Positions 28,713-38,470 of a DNA stretch of 64,000 nt are shown here, piece by piece. Source of the DNA: Syntrophales bacterium. GTDB taxonomy: Bacteria > Desulfobacterota > Syntrophia > Syntrophales > PHBD01. The notes under the pieces were generated by a model. It ran no database searches. It was not told the origin of the DNA and saw nothing but the letters and a program-made list of their open reading frames with translations. Location: positions 768,001 to 832,000 of the forward strand of contig OY764159.1 in NCBI GenBank assembly GCA_963668175.1, given 5' to 3'. The position numbers and the translations under genes are program-made. Position 1 is the first letter of the stretch. Each line of letters opens with the position of its first letter.

Positions 28713-30608
28713 ATGGGGAAAAGGAATAAGAAAGATAACAGGCTGGAGCCGACCCGTTCCGAAATCGGCGGCGCGAGGAACAACTGGACGGCTTACGCCC
28801 TGCTCTTTATCGCTCTGGCCGGGGGCCTGGCGTATGCGAATACCCTGGATGCGCCCCTTATCTTTTCCGACCGCATCAACATCGAAAGCAATCTGTCCCT
28901 GCGGAACCTGAAGACCGCCTTCAGCGTTCCGGCCGATTCCGGCCTGGCGGGAAGACCGTTCGTCAATTTCACCTTCGCCGTCAATTACGCCCTGGGCGGC
29001 GGGAAGGTCGCCGGATATCGCCTGGTCAATATTTTGATCCATATCCTGGGCGCTTTCACCCTCTTCGGCATCGTCCGGCGGACGCTCCTGACGGAGCCCC
29101 TGCGCGACGATTACGGCCGCGGGGCCGCATATCTCGCTTTTGCCGCTGCCGTGATCTGGGTACTGCATCCCATCCAGACGCAGGCGGTCACGTATCTCAG
29201 CCAGCGATGCGAATCGCTGATGGGGCTCCTGTTCCTGCTGACCTTCTATTGCGCCGTGCGCGGTTTTCAGGCGGACGCCTCTTCCCGTTGGTATCTGGCT
29301 TCCGTGGTTTTCTTCATCATGGGCATCGGTTCCAAGGAAGTGATCGCCGCCGCGCCGCCGCTGATTCTGCTTTATGAAATCCTCTTCATGAGGCGTGCTT
29401 TCCGGGATGTTGTCCGGCGATCATGGCCCCTGTATGCCGGTTTCTTCGTCGGCCTGATCGTCCTTGTCTTTCTCGTGGCGACTGCGGCCAGCGCCGTGCA
29501 CAACCAGGGTCTCAGGGAAGGTTCAGCAACGCTCTTTCAATACTGGGGGACACAGAGTATCGTCCTTCTGCATTATGTAAGGCTGATCGTCTGGCCCGCC
29601 GGCTTCTGTTTCGATTACGGCTGGCCGCCGGCTTCCGCAGGCGAGGTCATTCTCCCGGCTGCGGTCATATTGCTTGCAATCGCGGCTTCCGTGTGGGCTG
29701 CCTGGAGGCGGCGTCCCATCGGCTATTTGGGCCTGTGGTTTTTTGTCATTGCCGCCCCGTCATCCCTGGCCCCGCTACTCGATGCGGCGAACGAATACCG
29801 CATGTATCTGTCTTCGGCGGCGCCGGTCGTCCTGACCGTGCTCGCCTGTTATCGTTGGGGACGCAAGCTGGATGTCTATCCCGGCGGTCCCTTGGAAAAC
29901 CATGCCGCGCTTCTTTCAAGGATTGGGCTGACGGTTGTCCTTGTTGTCGCCTTCGTTCTCGGTGCATTGACCTACCAGCGGAACAGCGTTTATCGCACCG
30001 AGGAAGGCCTCTGGAAGGACACCGTCGGCAAAGCGCCTGCCAACAGCCGCGCCCATCTCAACCTTGCCATCGTCTACGATCACTCAGGACGGACAACGGC
30101 TGCCATAGACGAATACGAGTCGGCGTTGAAACTGAAACCGGGCGATGTGACGGCCCATGCCGACCTGGGGTATGCGCTGGCGCGCTCCGGACGGGTTCGG
30201 GACGGTATTGCCCACCTGAGAAGGGCTTTGGAACTAAGGCCCGATTATGCGGAGGCCCATGCGAACCTCGGGATTGCCCTCTTTGAACTGGGGCAAAGGC
30301 AGGAAGCTATGGAGCATTTCAAGAAGGCCGTTGCGCTCAAGCCGGATCGGGCTTCGTCCTATCTGAATCTGGGGATGGCCTGCCTGAGGTCGGAACGGCC
30401 CGGGGATGCCATTGTCTATCTGAAACAGGCGGTGGCGTTGCAGCCGGGCAATGCGGAGGCCCATGCCAACCTAGGCCTGGCCCTGGATAAGATCGGCAGG
30501 AGCGAAGAGGCCGGGAAGTCCCTGGAGGAGGCTCTCCGTTTGCAGCCGGGTAGCGCTCTGGCCCGACAGATTGAGGAATATATCCGAAACAGGAACAGCA
30601 GAAAATAG
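28713..30608 (+). CDS. TMTC-like multi-pass membrane protein (GT-C fold) with C-terminal TPR repeats
   Basis: GRPFVNFTFAVNY, NILIH, LHPIQTQAVTYLSQR, SKE and EYRMYL motifs, then several AHxNLG TPR repeats. Confidence 0.85.
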   Translation: MGKRNKKDNRLEPTRSEIGGARNNWTAYALLFIALAGGLAYANTLDAPLIFSDRINIESNLSLRNLKTAFSVPADSGLAGRPFVNFTFAVNYALGGGKVAGYRLVNILIHILGAFTLFGIVRRTLLTEPLRDDYGRGAAYLAFAAAVIWVLHPIQTQAVTYLSQRCESLMGLLFLLTFYCAVRGFQADASSRWYLASVVFFIMGIGSKEVIAAAPPLILLYEILFMRRAFRDVVRRSWPLYAGFFVGLIVLVFLVATAASAVHNQGLREGSATLFQYWGTQSIVLLHYVRLIVWPAGFCFDYGWPPASAGEVILPAAVILLAIAASVWAAWRRRPIGYLGLWFFVIAAPSSLAPLLDAANEYRMYLSSAAPVVLTVLACYRWGRKLDVYPGGPLENHAALLSRIGLTVVLVVAFVLGALTYQRNSVYRTEEGLWKDTVGKAPANSRAHLNLAIVYDHSGRTTAAIDEYESALKLKPGDVTAHADLGYALARSGRVRDGIAHLRRALELRPDYAEAHANLGIALFELGQRQEAMEHFKKAVALKPDRASSYLNLGMACLRSERPGDAIVYLKQAVALQPGNAEAHANLGLALDKIGRSEEAGKSLEEALRLQPGSALARQIEEYIRNRNSRK

Positions 30609-30717
30609 CCGACCGTTGCGTTTGCCGGCCAAACGATGCCGCCGGAAGTAATTGGCGGATGCGGAAAACGACATGCCGCAATGGGCACTTGTCTTCCGGA
30701 CAGTACCGGCGTTGCCT

Positions 30718-32529
30718 TCACTTCGTTCCCTGGAAAGCCCCCGTGACGCGGTAAACACTTCCGTCATCCTTCACGTTCCAGATACCGCCGACTGCTTGTG
30801 CACTCGCTCCGTAGAAGGCGCCCTGATTTATCCCGGTGAGGACACCTGAGCCGCCGTTAATGGACACGTTGGCGGAATTAATGGTGAAGGTGTTACCGGT
30901 AATGGTCCCTTGCCCATTCGCGATGCCGGCGCTTTTCCCGCCTCCGGCGGTGGAAATCTGGAGGTTGTTAATGGATCCCGATCCCCCCGAAAAAGTCACA
31001 TCAGTCTGGAAGGTGCCGGTCATGTTCTGGCTTTGCAGGCCGCTCGATTGCCAGACCATGGTGCCGTAGGCATTTCCGCGGTAAGTGCCGGATATTGTAG
31101 CCGGCATCGTCTGGGTTTTGTCGCCCCAGATATAGTAGCCCGTCGTGTTGAAGCTGTATTGCTGGCCGTTGACCTGGAAGGCGGTCGGCTGCGTCCAGGT
31201 TCCCCATTCCGTGTAGGCATTGTAGCCCAGTTCGGCCATTTGGAGGGCCTGGCCTGTGGGCGAGGCGGAATAGGGCGGGTCGGAGTATGCCGTCATCGTC
31301 TTGCTGGCCCCGTTGATCGTCAAGGTTTTCGAACCGCTGACCGCCGTGGCGGTGGTCGAGAAATCCTGGAGGGCGGAGCTAGTCAGTGTGGTCGAGTAGT
31401 CCCAGAGGGAGCAGGACGAGTTATACCAGGAGAGCTGGCCGGAGAAGAAGCCGAAGTGCGTCGAGGGGCGCTGGCCACCTCCGTTAGTCTGCGCTCCTAC
31501 TCCTTGGACAATTGGTGTTATATCCCGCGGCATTGTTAACTGCACTAATTGAATTTCCGGGTGCGACTGCAACGGCAGCGGTGGCTGTGGAGACGGCGTC
31601 AGCGGCATTGAAGCCTGCACACCCGGCACGCCGGTGTCCTCGAGGAACCGGTTCATGATATTCGCCGGTGCGAGAGTCGGGGTGGTCGGCTGGGCGCCTG
31701 CCGCAACAGTCGTCATCTGCCCCGGAGACAATTGGATGATCTGCGGCGGTGCCCCGGAAGAAGGTGGTGCTGTTGGGCTGGTAAATACCGTGCCGCTAAA
31801 GCTGATGACCGTCGTTTGACCGTTTATACTATAAAAGTTCGCCCCCCCCCCTTGTGTTTCCGACAGTATATACGTCGCCAGGTGGCGGAACCCGCCGTCG
31901 GGGGCATTATCGGCCACCAAAACAGGGAGCGAGGCCGCGGGTTTTCCCGCCGGTTTGCTTGCCGGGTTTCCCTCCAGCTCGGCGACCTCCACGCCCCACT
32001 TCGTCCCGCGGACGCCGCTGACGGCCGTCGGCGTTTCCACCGTCATGGAGGTGCTCCGGTATCTGAATAGCCGCATGGCATAGAACATGGCCTTGCCTTT
32101 CAGCATGGAAAAGACCGTGGTCTTGGTCTGAGCCTGAGGATTCGCCTCGATCGTCTTGAGGCCCAGGCGGGTGTTTTCGCCCATGGTGACGACATCCTGG
32201 CCGTTCATCTGAAAACGGCACTTCGAGCCCTTGAGCGTGAAGACAATGTCCTTTTCGAAGAGCCTGTCCCCGGGGGCGGCGTAATAGGCCTGGTTCGTGC
32301 CGTCACGGGCGACGATGACGTATCCGATGACGGTCTGGATCATCCCGGCATCCTTGGCGCCGGGGCCGACGTAATAGTCTTTGACGTCTTCGCCTTTAAA
32401 CTCCGCGGGCAGCAGATTGGCCGGCGCCTTGCTCCGGGCGGGCGCGGCCCACCCCGGCATGGCGGAAAGAATCAGCCCCCAGACGATAAGCAGGGCGGCG
32501 ATGCATCGTAACGATCGGTAACTTGTCAT
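30718..32529 (-). CDS. Secreted FecR-domain protein with Pro-rich linker and C-terminal TbpB/HupA-like beta-barrel (putative T11SS cargo)
   Basis: Signal peptide ending GWA-A; FecR motif ETPTAVSGVRGT; C-terminus TYRGNAYG…GAFYGASAQAVGG…VTGAFQGTK. Confidence 0.75.
   Translation of the reverse strand: MTSYRSLRCIAALLIVWGLILSAMPGWAAPARSKAPANLLPAEFKGEDVKDYYVGPGAKDAGMIQTVIGYVIVARDGTNQAYYAAPGDRLFEKDIVFTLKGSKCRFQMNGQDVVTMGENTRLGLKTIEANPQAQTKTTVFSMLKGKAMFYAMRLFRYRSTSMTVETPTAVSGVRGTKWGVEVAELEGNPASKPAGKPAASLPVLVADNAPDGGFRHLATYILSETQGGGANFYSINGQTTVISFSGTVFTSPTAPPSSGAPPQIIQLSPGQMTTVAAGAQPTTPTLAPANIMNRFLEDTGVPGVQASMPLTPSPQPPLPLQSHPEIQLVQLTMPRDITPIVQGVGAQTNGGGQRPSTHFGFFSGQLSWYNSSCSLWDYSTTLTSSALQDFSTTATAVSGSKTLTINGASKTMTAYSDPPYSASPTGQALQMAELGYNAYTEWGTWTQPTAFQVNGQQYSFNTTGYYIWGDKTQTMPATISGTYRGNAYGTMVWQSSGLQSQNMTGTFQTDVTFSGGSGSINNLQISTAGGGKSAGIANGQGTITGNTFTINSANVSINGGSGVLTGINQGAFYGASAQAVGGIWNVKDDGSVYRVTGAFQGTK
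31842..31851. repeat. C10/G10 homopolymer tract inside the CDS
   Basis: Ten consecutive C on the + strand (encodes QGGGA on the - strand). Confidence 0.9.
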
Positions 32530-32605
32530 GACAATCCCCTTTTTCAAATGTCGATCCTGACGAGAAGCAGCTTGTCGTCTGCTTCAAACACCTCTTTATT
32601 GAAAC

Positions 32606-33598
32606 TCAACGGCCCTTCGGCATCTGATACGTCTGCGGCAGTTGAGGAACCTGTTGGGTCGGAGATTCCTTCTGAAAATCCCTCTGCTGTTGAATGATAT
32701 TGGTCGTTTCCCGCGGCACCGTGGGCTGCAAAGCGCCGCCTTCCAATGACGGAGGCAACGACGCGCCGCCGGCACCCGTATCGTTAAAGAACTGATTCAT
32801 CGTGCCCGGCGGTATCGGGAATGTCGTTCCCAGCCCGCGGCCGTCGGCCGTCACGCCCTGTCCCGCGGTCAGGGTGATCGTCTGTCCTGTTACGATGGAA
32901 TTCACGTAGACCGATCCCTCGAATGTATAAACGTTGGTCGCAAAATTGGGATTGGACTGCAGGGCCAGATGCATGAATCCGCCCGTAATCGAGTTATCGG
33001 CCACCAGTAAAGGCAGGGAAGCTGCGGGCTTTCCTGCGAGTTCGACGACTTCCACGCCCCACTTCGTTCCGCGGACGCCGCTGACAGACGTCGGCGTCTC
33101 CACCTCCATGGAAGCGTTCCGGTATCTGAAAAGACGCATGGCGTAGAACATGGCCTTACCCCGAAGCATGGAGAAGACGGTCTTCTTGGATTGCGTCTGG
33201 CGGTTCTCCTCGGTTGTCTTGAGGCCCAGCCGACCATTTTCGCCCATGGTGACGACATCCTGGCCGTTGAGCTGGAAGCGGCACTTCGAATCCTTGAGTG
33301 TGAAGACGATATCCTTCTCAAAGAGCCTGTCTCCCGGGGCGGCATAGTAGGCCCTGGTCATACCCTCTTTCGCAACGATGACGCAGCCGGTGACGGTCTG
33401 GATCACGCCGGCATCCTTGGCTCCAGTGCCATTGTAGTAATCTTTAACGTCCATCCCTTTAAGCTCGGCGGGCAGCAGACCGGCGGGCGCCTTGCTTCGG
33501 GCGGGTGCGGCGGAAACGGCCGCCGCGGCGAGCAAAATCAAACCGCATGCGGCAAGGAGCCGGAAGATATATCGAAAATGTATGCTTCCCGGAGGCAT
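32606..33598 (-). CDS. Secreted FecR-domain protein (paralogue of the 30718 gene, lacking the C-terminal barrel)
   Basis: Signal peptide; APARSKAPAxLLPAExKGxDVKDYY…ETPTSVSGVRGTKWGVEV is nearly identical to the neighbour; Gln/Pro-rich tail. Confidence 0.8.
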   Translation of the reverse strand: MPPGSIHFRYIFRLLAACGLILLAAAAVSAAPARSKAPAGLLPAELKGMDVKDYYNGTGAKDAGVIQTVTGCVIVAKEGMTRAYYAAPGDRLFEKDIVFTLKDSKCRFQLNGQDVVTMGENGRLGLKTTEENRQTQSKKTVFSMLRGKAMFYAMRLFRYRNASMEVETPTSVSGVRGTKWGVEVVELAGKPAASLPLLVADNSITGGFMHLALQSNPNFATNVYTFEGSVYVNSIVTGQTITLTAGQGVTADGRGLGTTFPIPPGTMNQFFNDTGAGGASLPPSLEGGALQPTVPRETTNIIQQQRDFQKESPTQQVPQLPQTYQMPKGR

Positions 33599-33622
33599 AT
33601 AGCTTCCCTTATCCGATCCCGA

Positions 33623-35188
33623 TCAGAAATAGGCCCCGACGCTTAATGTGTAAGTCCGTTTGTCGAAGGCGTAGATGCTTGTGTTGGAATCGTTCTGAAT
33701 GTAGTTAAAGGCGAAGGACGCGAAAAAATGCTCCAGGAAATTCTGGCTCACCACCGCTGTGTAGACGTTCTTCTGGTCGTAACGCCAGTTGCTGTACAGG
33801 GGGGCCTTGTCCTTGTAATCCTTGTAGTCCCGCTGAAATTTGAAGAATGCTTCCGTCTTCGTCGGAAATCTCATGAAATAGGAGACGGCATAGTAGTGGT
33901 CGTCGTAGCAGTTGATCCTCGCATCGGCATCGGACACGGCAAGTCCGCCTGTGAAGGAGAGGATATGCTGGCGGTTGAAAAGGTAGATATTGGGGTTGAA
34001 TTCCCAGCGCCGGGTCTGGTTGTCGAACTGATTTTCGTCGTTCCAGGACATGGAGTCCTGGCTCCATCTCGGGGCATAGGTCTCCCGTGAGTAAATGAAC
34101 GTCCCTTTCAGGCTGAAGTACTGCCCGAAAAAGTATTCGGCGCTGGGATCGATGTGGCCTATGTACGAGAGTTTCGTCAGGCTGTTGTCCTGGGCCAGTG
34201 TGGCGTTGGTTTTTGCCCATTCCGAAGGCGTCAGGTAGCCCTGATTCATGTTGTCGCGCTGGGTGGAGGTCATGCTCGACAACGCCGCGTTGCCGAAGTA
34301 CTGGATCGAGTAGCCGATAGGGACTTTGACGATAAAGTTACGCCCGACCCACCAGGGACCGGTTGTGGCATCGAGCAGGGCGTAGTTGAACTGGGAATAT
34401 TTGCTGTAGAGGATGCTGTAATAGGTCAGGTCCGTGTTCCATGCCGGACCGAGCTGCCTTTCCCCGAAACTGTAAAGAATATTGCCGCCGAGATTGGTGA
34501 CATACCCCGTATCGCCCTGCTTTGCCGCCGATTGGGAGAGCGTTAATGTTCCGCCGTTGACGTTGACCAGACGGCTGTCCGGTCCCGCGCTGACGTTATC
34601 GTCCCACTGGACGCCGAAGGAGGCGCGGACGGACCAGCGAAGCTTCCTGGTGGCCGCGTCCATGGCGGCCGTAAGTCTCTCGATATTGGCCGTAACTTCC
34701 GCGGGAGGCTGCGAAGCCTTGACTGTTTCCAGCTCTTTCCTGGCTTCCTTGTATTTTCCCAGTTGGAAATAGACGGCCGCGAGTTCCAGCCTGACCCGGT
34801 GCAGCTGCGGGTCGATGGCGAGCATCTGTTCGAATTTCTTGATCGCGAGATTCAGGTTGCCGGTGTTCATGGCGCTCGTACCGATCCACCACATGATATC
34901 CATCGTTTCAACCTTGGAAGCGATTTCGTTGAATATGGGCAGGGCCTCGCCGTATCGGCCGTCGTAGTAAAGGAGAAGCGCTTCGGACAGCTTGTTGTCC
35001 AGGGCGTCGAGCTCCCGGGGCGATATTTCCTTCGCTTTGCCCGGTTTCACCTGACCCTGTTTGGCGTGGCCGAAGTCAGACCCCGAATCGGCCGGAGGTG
35101 TATCCGCAGCCGCTGCCGTGAAGCTGATGCAGATGAGAGCAATAAGAGAATATAGGATAAACTGGAATTTTGATCGGGTTTTCATCAT
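33623..35188 (-). CDS. Slam/DUF560-like outer-membrane protein (TPR plus beta-barrel)
   Basis: Signal peptide; TPRs including RVRLELAAVYFQLG…PPAEVTANI; barrel start GVQWDDNVSAGP; aromatic-rich strands; C-terminal YTLSVGAYF. Confidence 0.75.
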   Translation of the reverse strand: MMKTRSKFQFILYSLIALICISFTAAAADTPPADSGSDFGHAKQGQVKPGKAKEISPRELDALDNKLSEALLLYYDGRYGEALPIFNEIASKVETMDIMWWIGTSAMNTGNLNLAIKKFEQMLAIDPQLHRVRLELAAVYFQLGKYKEARKELETVKASQPPAEVTANIERLTAAMDAATRKLRWSVRASFGVQWDDNVSAGPDSRLVNVNGGTLTLSQSAAKQGDTGYVTNLGGNILYSFGERQLGPAWNTDLTYYSILYSKYSQFNYALLDATTGPWWVGRNFIVKVPIGYSIQYFGNAALSSMTSTQRDNMNQGYLTPSEWAKTNATLAQDNSLTKLSYIGHIDPSAEYFFGQYFSLKGTFIYSRETYAPRWSQDSMSWNDENQFDNQTRRWEFNPNIYLFNRQHILSFTGGLAVSDADARINCYDDHYYAVSYFMRFPTKTEAFFKFQRDYKDYKDKAPLYSNWRYDQKNVYTAVVSQNFLEHFFASFAFNYIQNDSNTSIYAFDKRTYTLSVGAYF

Positions 35189-35576
35189 CACATCCCTCAT
35201 GGCGGATCATTCCTGATTAGGATCGACTAATATGGGTAAAATATTGGTCCATTTCTATAGGCGTGTCAGATATTGTTTGTCAAGGGAAAAACATAAAGCA
35301 TTCTTATGTATACAATAACTGATATGACTTACATACCTCATTTGGTGCCTCCTGGAAATCGTTTATAGGATTGGAATGGAACGATTGTTTTCAAGGAGGG
35401 CACTCTCGCGGATTCTCGCCATTCTGTATGACTAATTGAATTCCTGCGAACTTGAAAAATTTAAAATAACTTGACAGTCATAAGTGCAAGAGGATAAAAA
35501 ATGATGTAATGCCTGCGGCATAACGACGGTTTACGATCCATTTTTTAAAAGTATGACCGAAGATTGAGGTATCCAG

Positions 35577-35930
35577 ATGGTGGAAGAGAAGAGAAAGCGA
35601 ACCCGCGTACCCGTCCATGTCCATGTTTCCGTGTCGTTACAAGAAAAATGGATAGACGTGGAGGCCGAGAATATCAGCCTGACAGGGATTCTCTGCACGG
35701 CAGACGCCCGTTTTCGGATGGGGGATGCCTGCCAGGTCAGAATCAGACTGAATCCGGATGTCATCATCAATTTAGACGGCAACATCCTTCGCTCCGACCG
35801 GGATCATACGGCGATCAGCTTTGTTTCCATGGATGAAGATAGTTTCTACCATTTGAAGAAGCTGCTCCAGTACAACCTGACCAATTCCGACCGCATTGAC
35901 GACGAACTGTCGGACCCGGCGTTCGGATGA
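35577..35930 (+). CDS. Single-domain PilZ protein
   Basis: EKRKRTRV (RxxxR) and NISLTG motifs. Confidence 0.9.
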   Translation: MVEEKRKRTRVPVHVHVSVSLQEKWIDVEAENISLTGILCTADARFRMGDACQVRIRLNPDVIINLDGNILRSDRDHTAISFVSMDEDSFYHLKKLLQYNLTNSDRIDDELSDPAFG

Positions 35931-36044
35931 TTTCTTACTGTCGGCTGAAGGCATTTCGCCTATATTGAAGACAGCGGCGGCGATGCAGGCCGCAACAGAG
36001 GGGTGCGGATTGCCGCCAAACGCCGCAGCGAGAGGAGAATTTTT

Positions 36045-36632
36045 ATGAAAACAGATACTTCCGTTGATATGACGTGCCGGTGTTTTACCAAACCGGGCAA
36101 GAAGAATACAGGCGACGTATTGGCCTTGGCGGCCAAGCGCGCCCGGGAACTAGCCATCGGTAAAATCCTGATCGCCACGTGCAGCGGCAAAACGGCCCTG
36201 GCGGCTGCGAAGATATTCGGCGCCGATGCCCGGATCATTGCCGTAACGCATGTCACGGGATTTACGAAACCCAACGTGCAGGAATTGGATGATAAAACCC
36301 GCACCCAGTTGGAGAAACAGGGTATAAAGGTCCTGACCTGCCAGCATGCCTTCGGCGGAGTCGGCCGGGGGATAAGAAAAAAGCTCGGCACGTACCAGGT
36401 GGATGAAATCATGGCATTCACGCTGCGCACGTTCGGTCAGGGTACCAAGGTGGCGGTCGAGGTGGCTTTGATGGCTGCCGATGCGGGCCTGGTCCGGACC
36501 GATGAAGACATTATCGCCATCGGCGGAACGGGAGAGGGGGCGGATGCGGCTCTGGTGATCAAGCCCGCCAATACCGCCGATGTCTTTGATCTCAAGGTCA
36601 GGGAAATCATCTGTAAGCCGTCCTCTTTCTGA
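36045..36632 (+). CDS. Pyruvate-kinase C-terminal alpha/beta-domain-like conserved protein
   Basis: FxKPGKKNT, VTHVTGF, TLRTFGQGTKVAVEVALMAADAG, IAIGGTGEGAD and EIICKP motifs; GAGGAG RBS. Confidence 0.8.
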   Translation: MKTDTSVDMTCRCFTKPGKKNTGDVLALAAKRARELAIGKILIATCSGKTALAAAKIFGADARIIAVTHVTGFTKPNVQELDDKTRTQLEKQGIKVLTCQHAFGGVGRGIRKKLGTYQVDEIMAFTLRTFGQGTKVAVEVALMAADAGLVRTDEDIIAIGGTGEGADAALVIKPANTADVFDLKVREIICKPSSF

Positions 36633-36689
36633 GACGGCTGGACGATAGCTCGAATCACGACAATCTCAATACGGGTTTAAGGAGACGGT

Positions 36690-38390
36690 ATGATGAAGAG
36701 ATCTTGCATGGTGCTGTTGGGATCCATTCTCGTATGGGCCGGCCCGGTCCTGGCCGGTAATGTTACAGTCACAGGCGACATGGGATCGGCGATCCGTTAT
36801 GAGTTGCAGGAGCAGGTAACCGCAGGGGACGGAATGAAAAAACTCGTTCTGAGCTTCGTCGTCCCCCAAACCTACGAGTCGCCCACGTATCACCAGAAGA
36901 TTTCCGATTTTAACCTGACCTTCAGGCCCAGTCCTCAGGACCGCAAGGAGAACCTGGACGAACGGGGCAACCGGGTCGTCGTTGCCACCTGGGACGATCC
37001 GCCGGCGTCCGTCGATGTCCGGCTGTCCTGTAATGCGGCCAATACGACCAATCTCAAAGTCCTGGAGACGCGGACGCCTTTTCCACTCACCGACGTGGAT
37101 CCGAAAGTGAGTGTTTTTCTGCGGCCGACCGATCAAGTTCAGGTCAACCATCCCCGCATCAGGGAGCTTGCCGCCCAGCTGACGTCCGGTGTCAAGACCG
37201 AGTTCGATGCCGTCCAGCGGGTCATATCCTGGGTCGTCGATCATGTCCGATACGTAACACCGCCGCAGCAATACGATGCCGTCTACTCCCTGGAATCCGG
37301 TAAAGGCAACTGCCAGAACTATTCGCATCTGAGCGCCGCATTGCTTCGCTCCGTGGGTATTCCCGTCCGTATCATCAACGGCGTCACCCTGGACCGGTCC
37401 TACGATGTCAAATGGCAGAAGGGCGTCATGACGTTCAAAATGGGCAAAGGACGGCATTCCTGGATCGAGGTCTGGTTCCCCGATCTCGGATGGGTTCCCT
37501 TCGATCCCCAAAATACGGTCCTCTTCGTATCCAACCGCTTCATCCGTATCGAGGTCGGGATGGACAACAACGAAACCAAGAACGACGGGTTGATGCGCTG
37601 GTCCCAGGCGGCGACCGCCCGCCAGAGGCCGTCGCTCCAGGAAGGCATCGACGCTTCGTTCGTCAGCGATTCGGTGTCGATCAACGGCAAGCGCGAATCC
37701 TACGGTCCCAAGAATATCCTGCTGAGTCCCGCCGTCAAGGCCGAATTCAAACAGATCGAATTGAAGCCGCCTCCGCCTCCGCCCGTCATTTCGCCGGAAG
37801 AAAAACTGAAGCTGCGGTTCGACAAGGCATTTTTGTACGGCAATCTCGATTTTCCGGTGGACATCGATTTTGCGTTTCCCCGGGCAACCAAGAAATCTGG
37901 GAAGAACCAATTTGAAATGGCGAAAAATTTCCTGGTGGAAACGGCTGAATTCGTGACCCACAAGGGGATTCAGTATGCCCAGGTGGTCGTCCTGCAGAAG
38001 CCCGTCAAACTGCAGAAAATCGGTCTCGCCCTCCACCGTTTCGGCGGCGACGGCCAGATCTGGCTGGATCTTTACAAGGACAACCAGGGAATGCCGGGGG
38101 ATTTGATCGGCAAGAGCAATTTTAAGTTTTTGGAGGAATTGTCCCTGAAGCCGGGATACCGGTGGACGGACTTCGATTTCGGCAGGGAGAACGTGGTGCT
38201 GATGCCCGGGTCCTACTGGATCGCGCTGGGTTATACCGGAGACCCCGTCATCAACTGGTTCTACACGTACGGCAAGCCCGTCGGCCCGGTCGACGGTACT
38301 CGTTACAAGCGGGAATTCGAAGACCAGGAATGGAGCAACGCCCTGAGCTTTGAATTCAACTACCGGGTGATCGGCCAGACCACGAAATGA
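36690..38390 (+). CDS. Exported transglutaminase-like domain protein
   Basis: Signal peptide; intact Cys-His-Asp triad GNCQNYS / HSWIEV / FDP. Confidence 0.88.
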   Translation: MMKRSCMVLLGSILVWAGPVLAGNVTVTGDMGSAIRYELQEQVTAGDGMKKLVLSFVVPQTYESPTYHQKISDFNLTFRPSPQDRKENLDERGNRVVVATWDDPPASVDVRLSCNAANTTNLKVLETRTPFPLTDVDPKVSVFLRPTDQVQVNHPRIRELAAQLTSGVKTEFDAVQRVISWVVDHVRYVTPPQQYDAVYSLESGKGNCQNYSHLSAALLRSVGIPVRIINGVTLDRSYDVKWQKGVMTFKMGKGRHSWIEVWFPDLGWVPFDPQNTVLFVSNRFIRIEVGMDNNETKNDGLMRWSQAATARQRPSLQEGIDASFVSDSVSINGKRESYGPKNILLSPAVKAEFKQIELKPPPPPPVISPEEKLKLRFDKAFLYGNLDFPVDIDFAFPRATKKSGKNQFEMAKNFLVETAEFVTHKGIQYAQVVVLQKPVKLQKIGLALHRFGGDGQIWLDLYKDNQGMPGDLIGKSNFKFLEELSLKPGYRWTDFDFGRENVVLMPGSYWIALGYTGDPVINWFYTYGKPVGPVDGTRYKREFEDQEWSNALSFEFNYRVIGQTTK

Positions 38391-38470
38391 AATTCAGGTT
38401 TCCGCCTGAGGCCTGAAGAAAGTCGCGGTCGTAAAGTCATCATTTGTCCGTCCTGCGAGGATGCGGCGCT

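Noticed and set aside
27272..35200. Possible genomic island integrated at tRNA-Ser
   Set aside because: No integrase, no duplicated tRNA 3' end seen, and composition is similar to the flanks.
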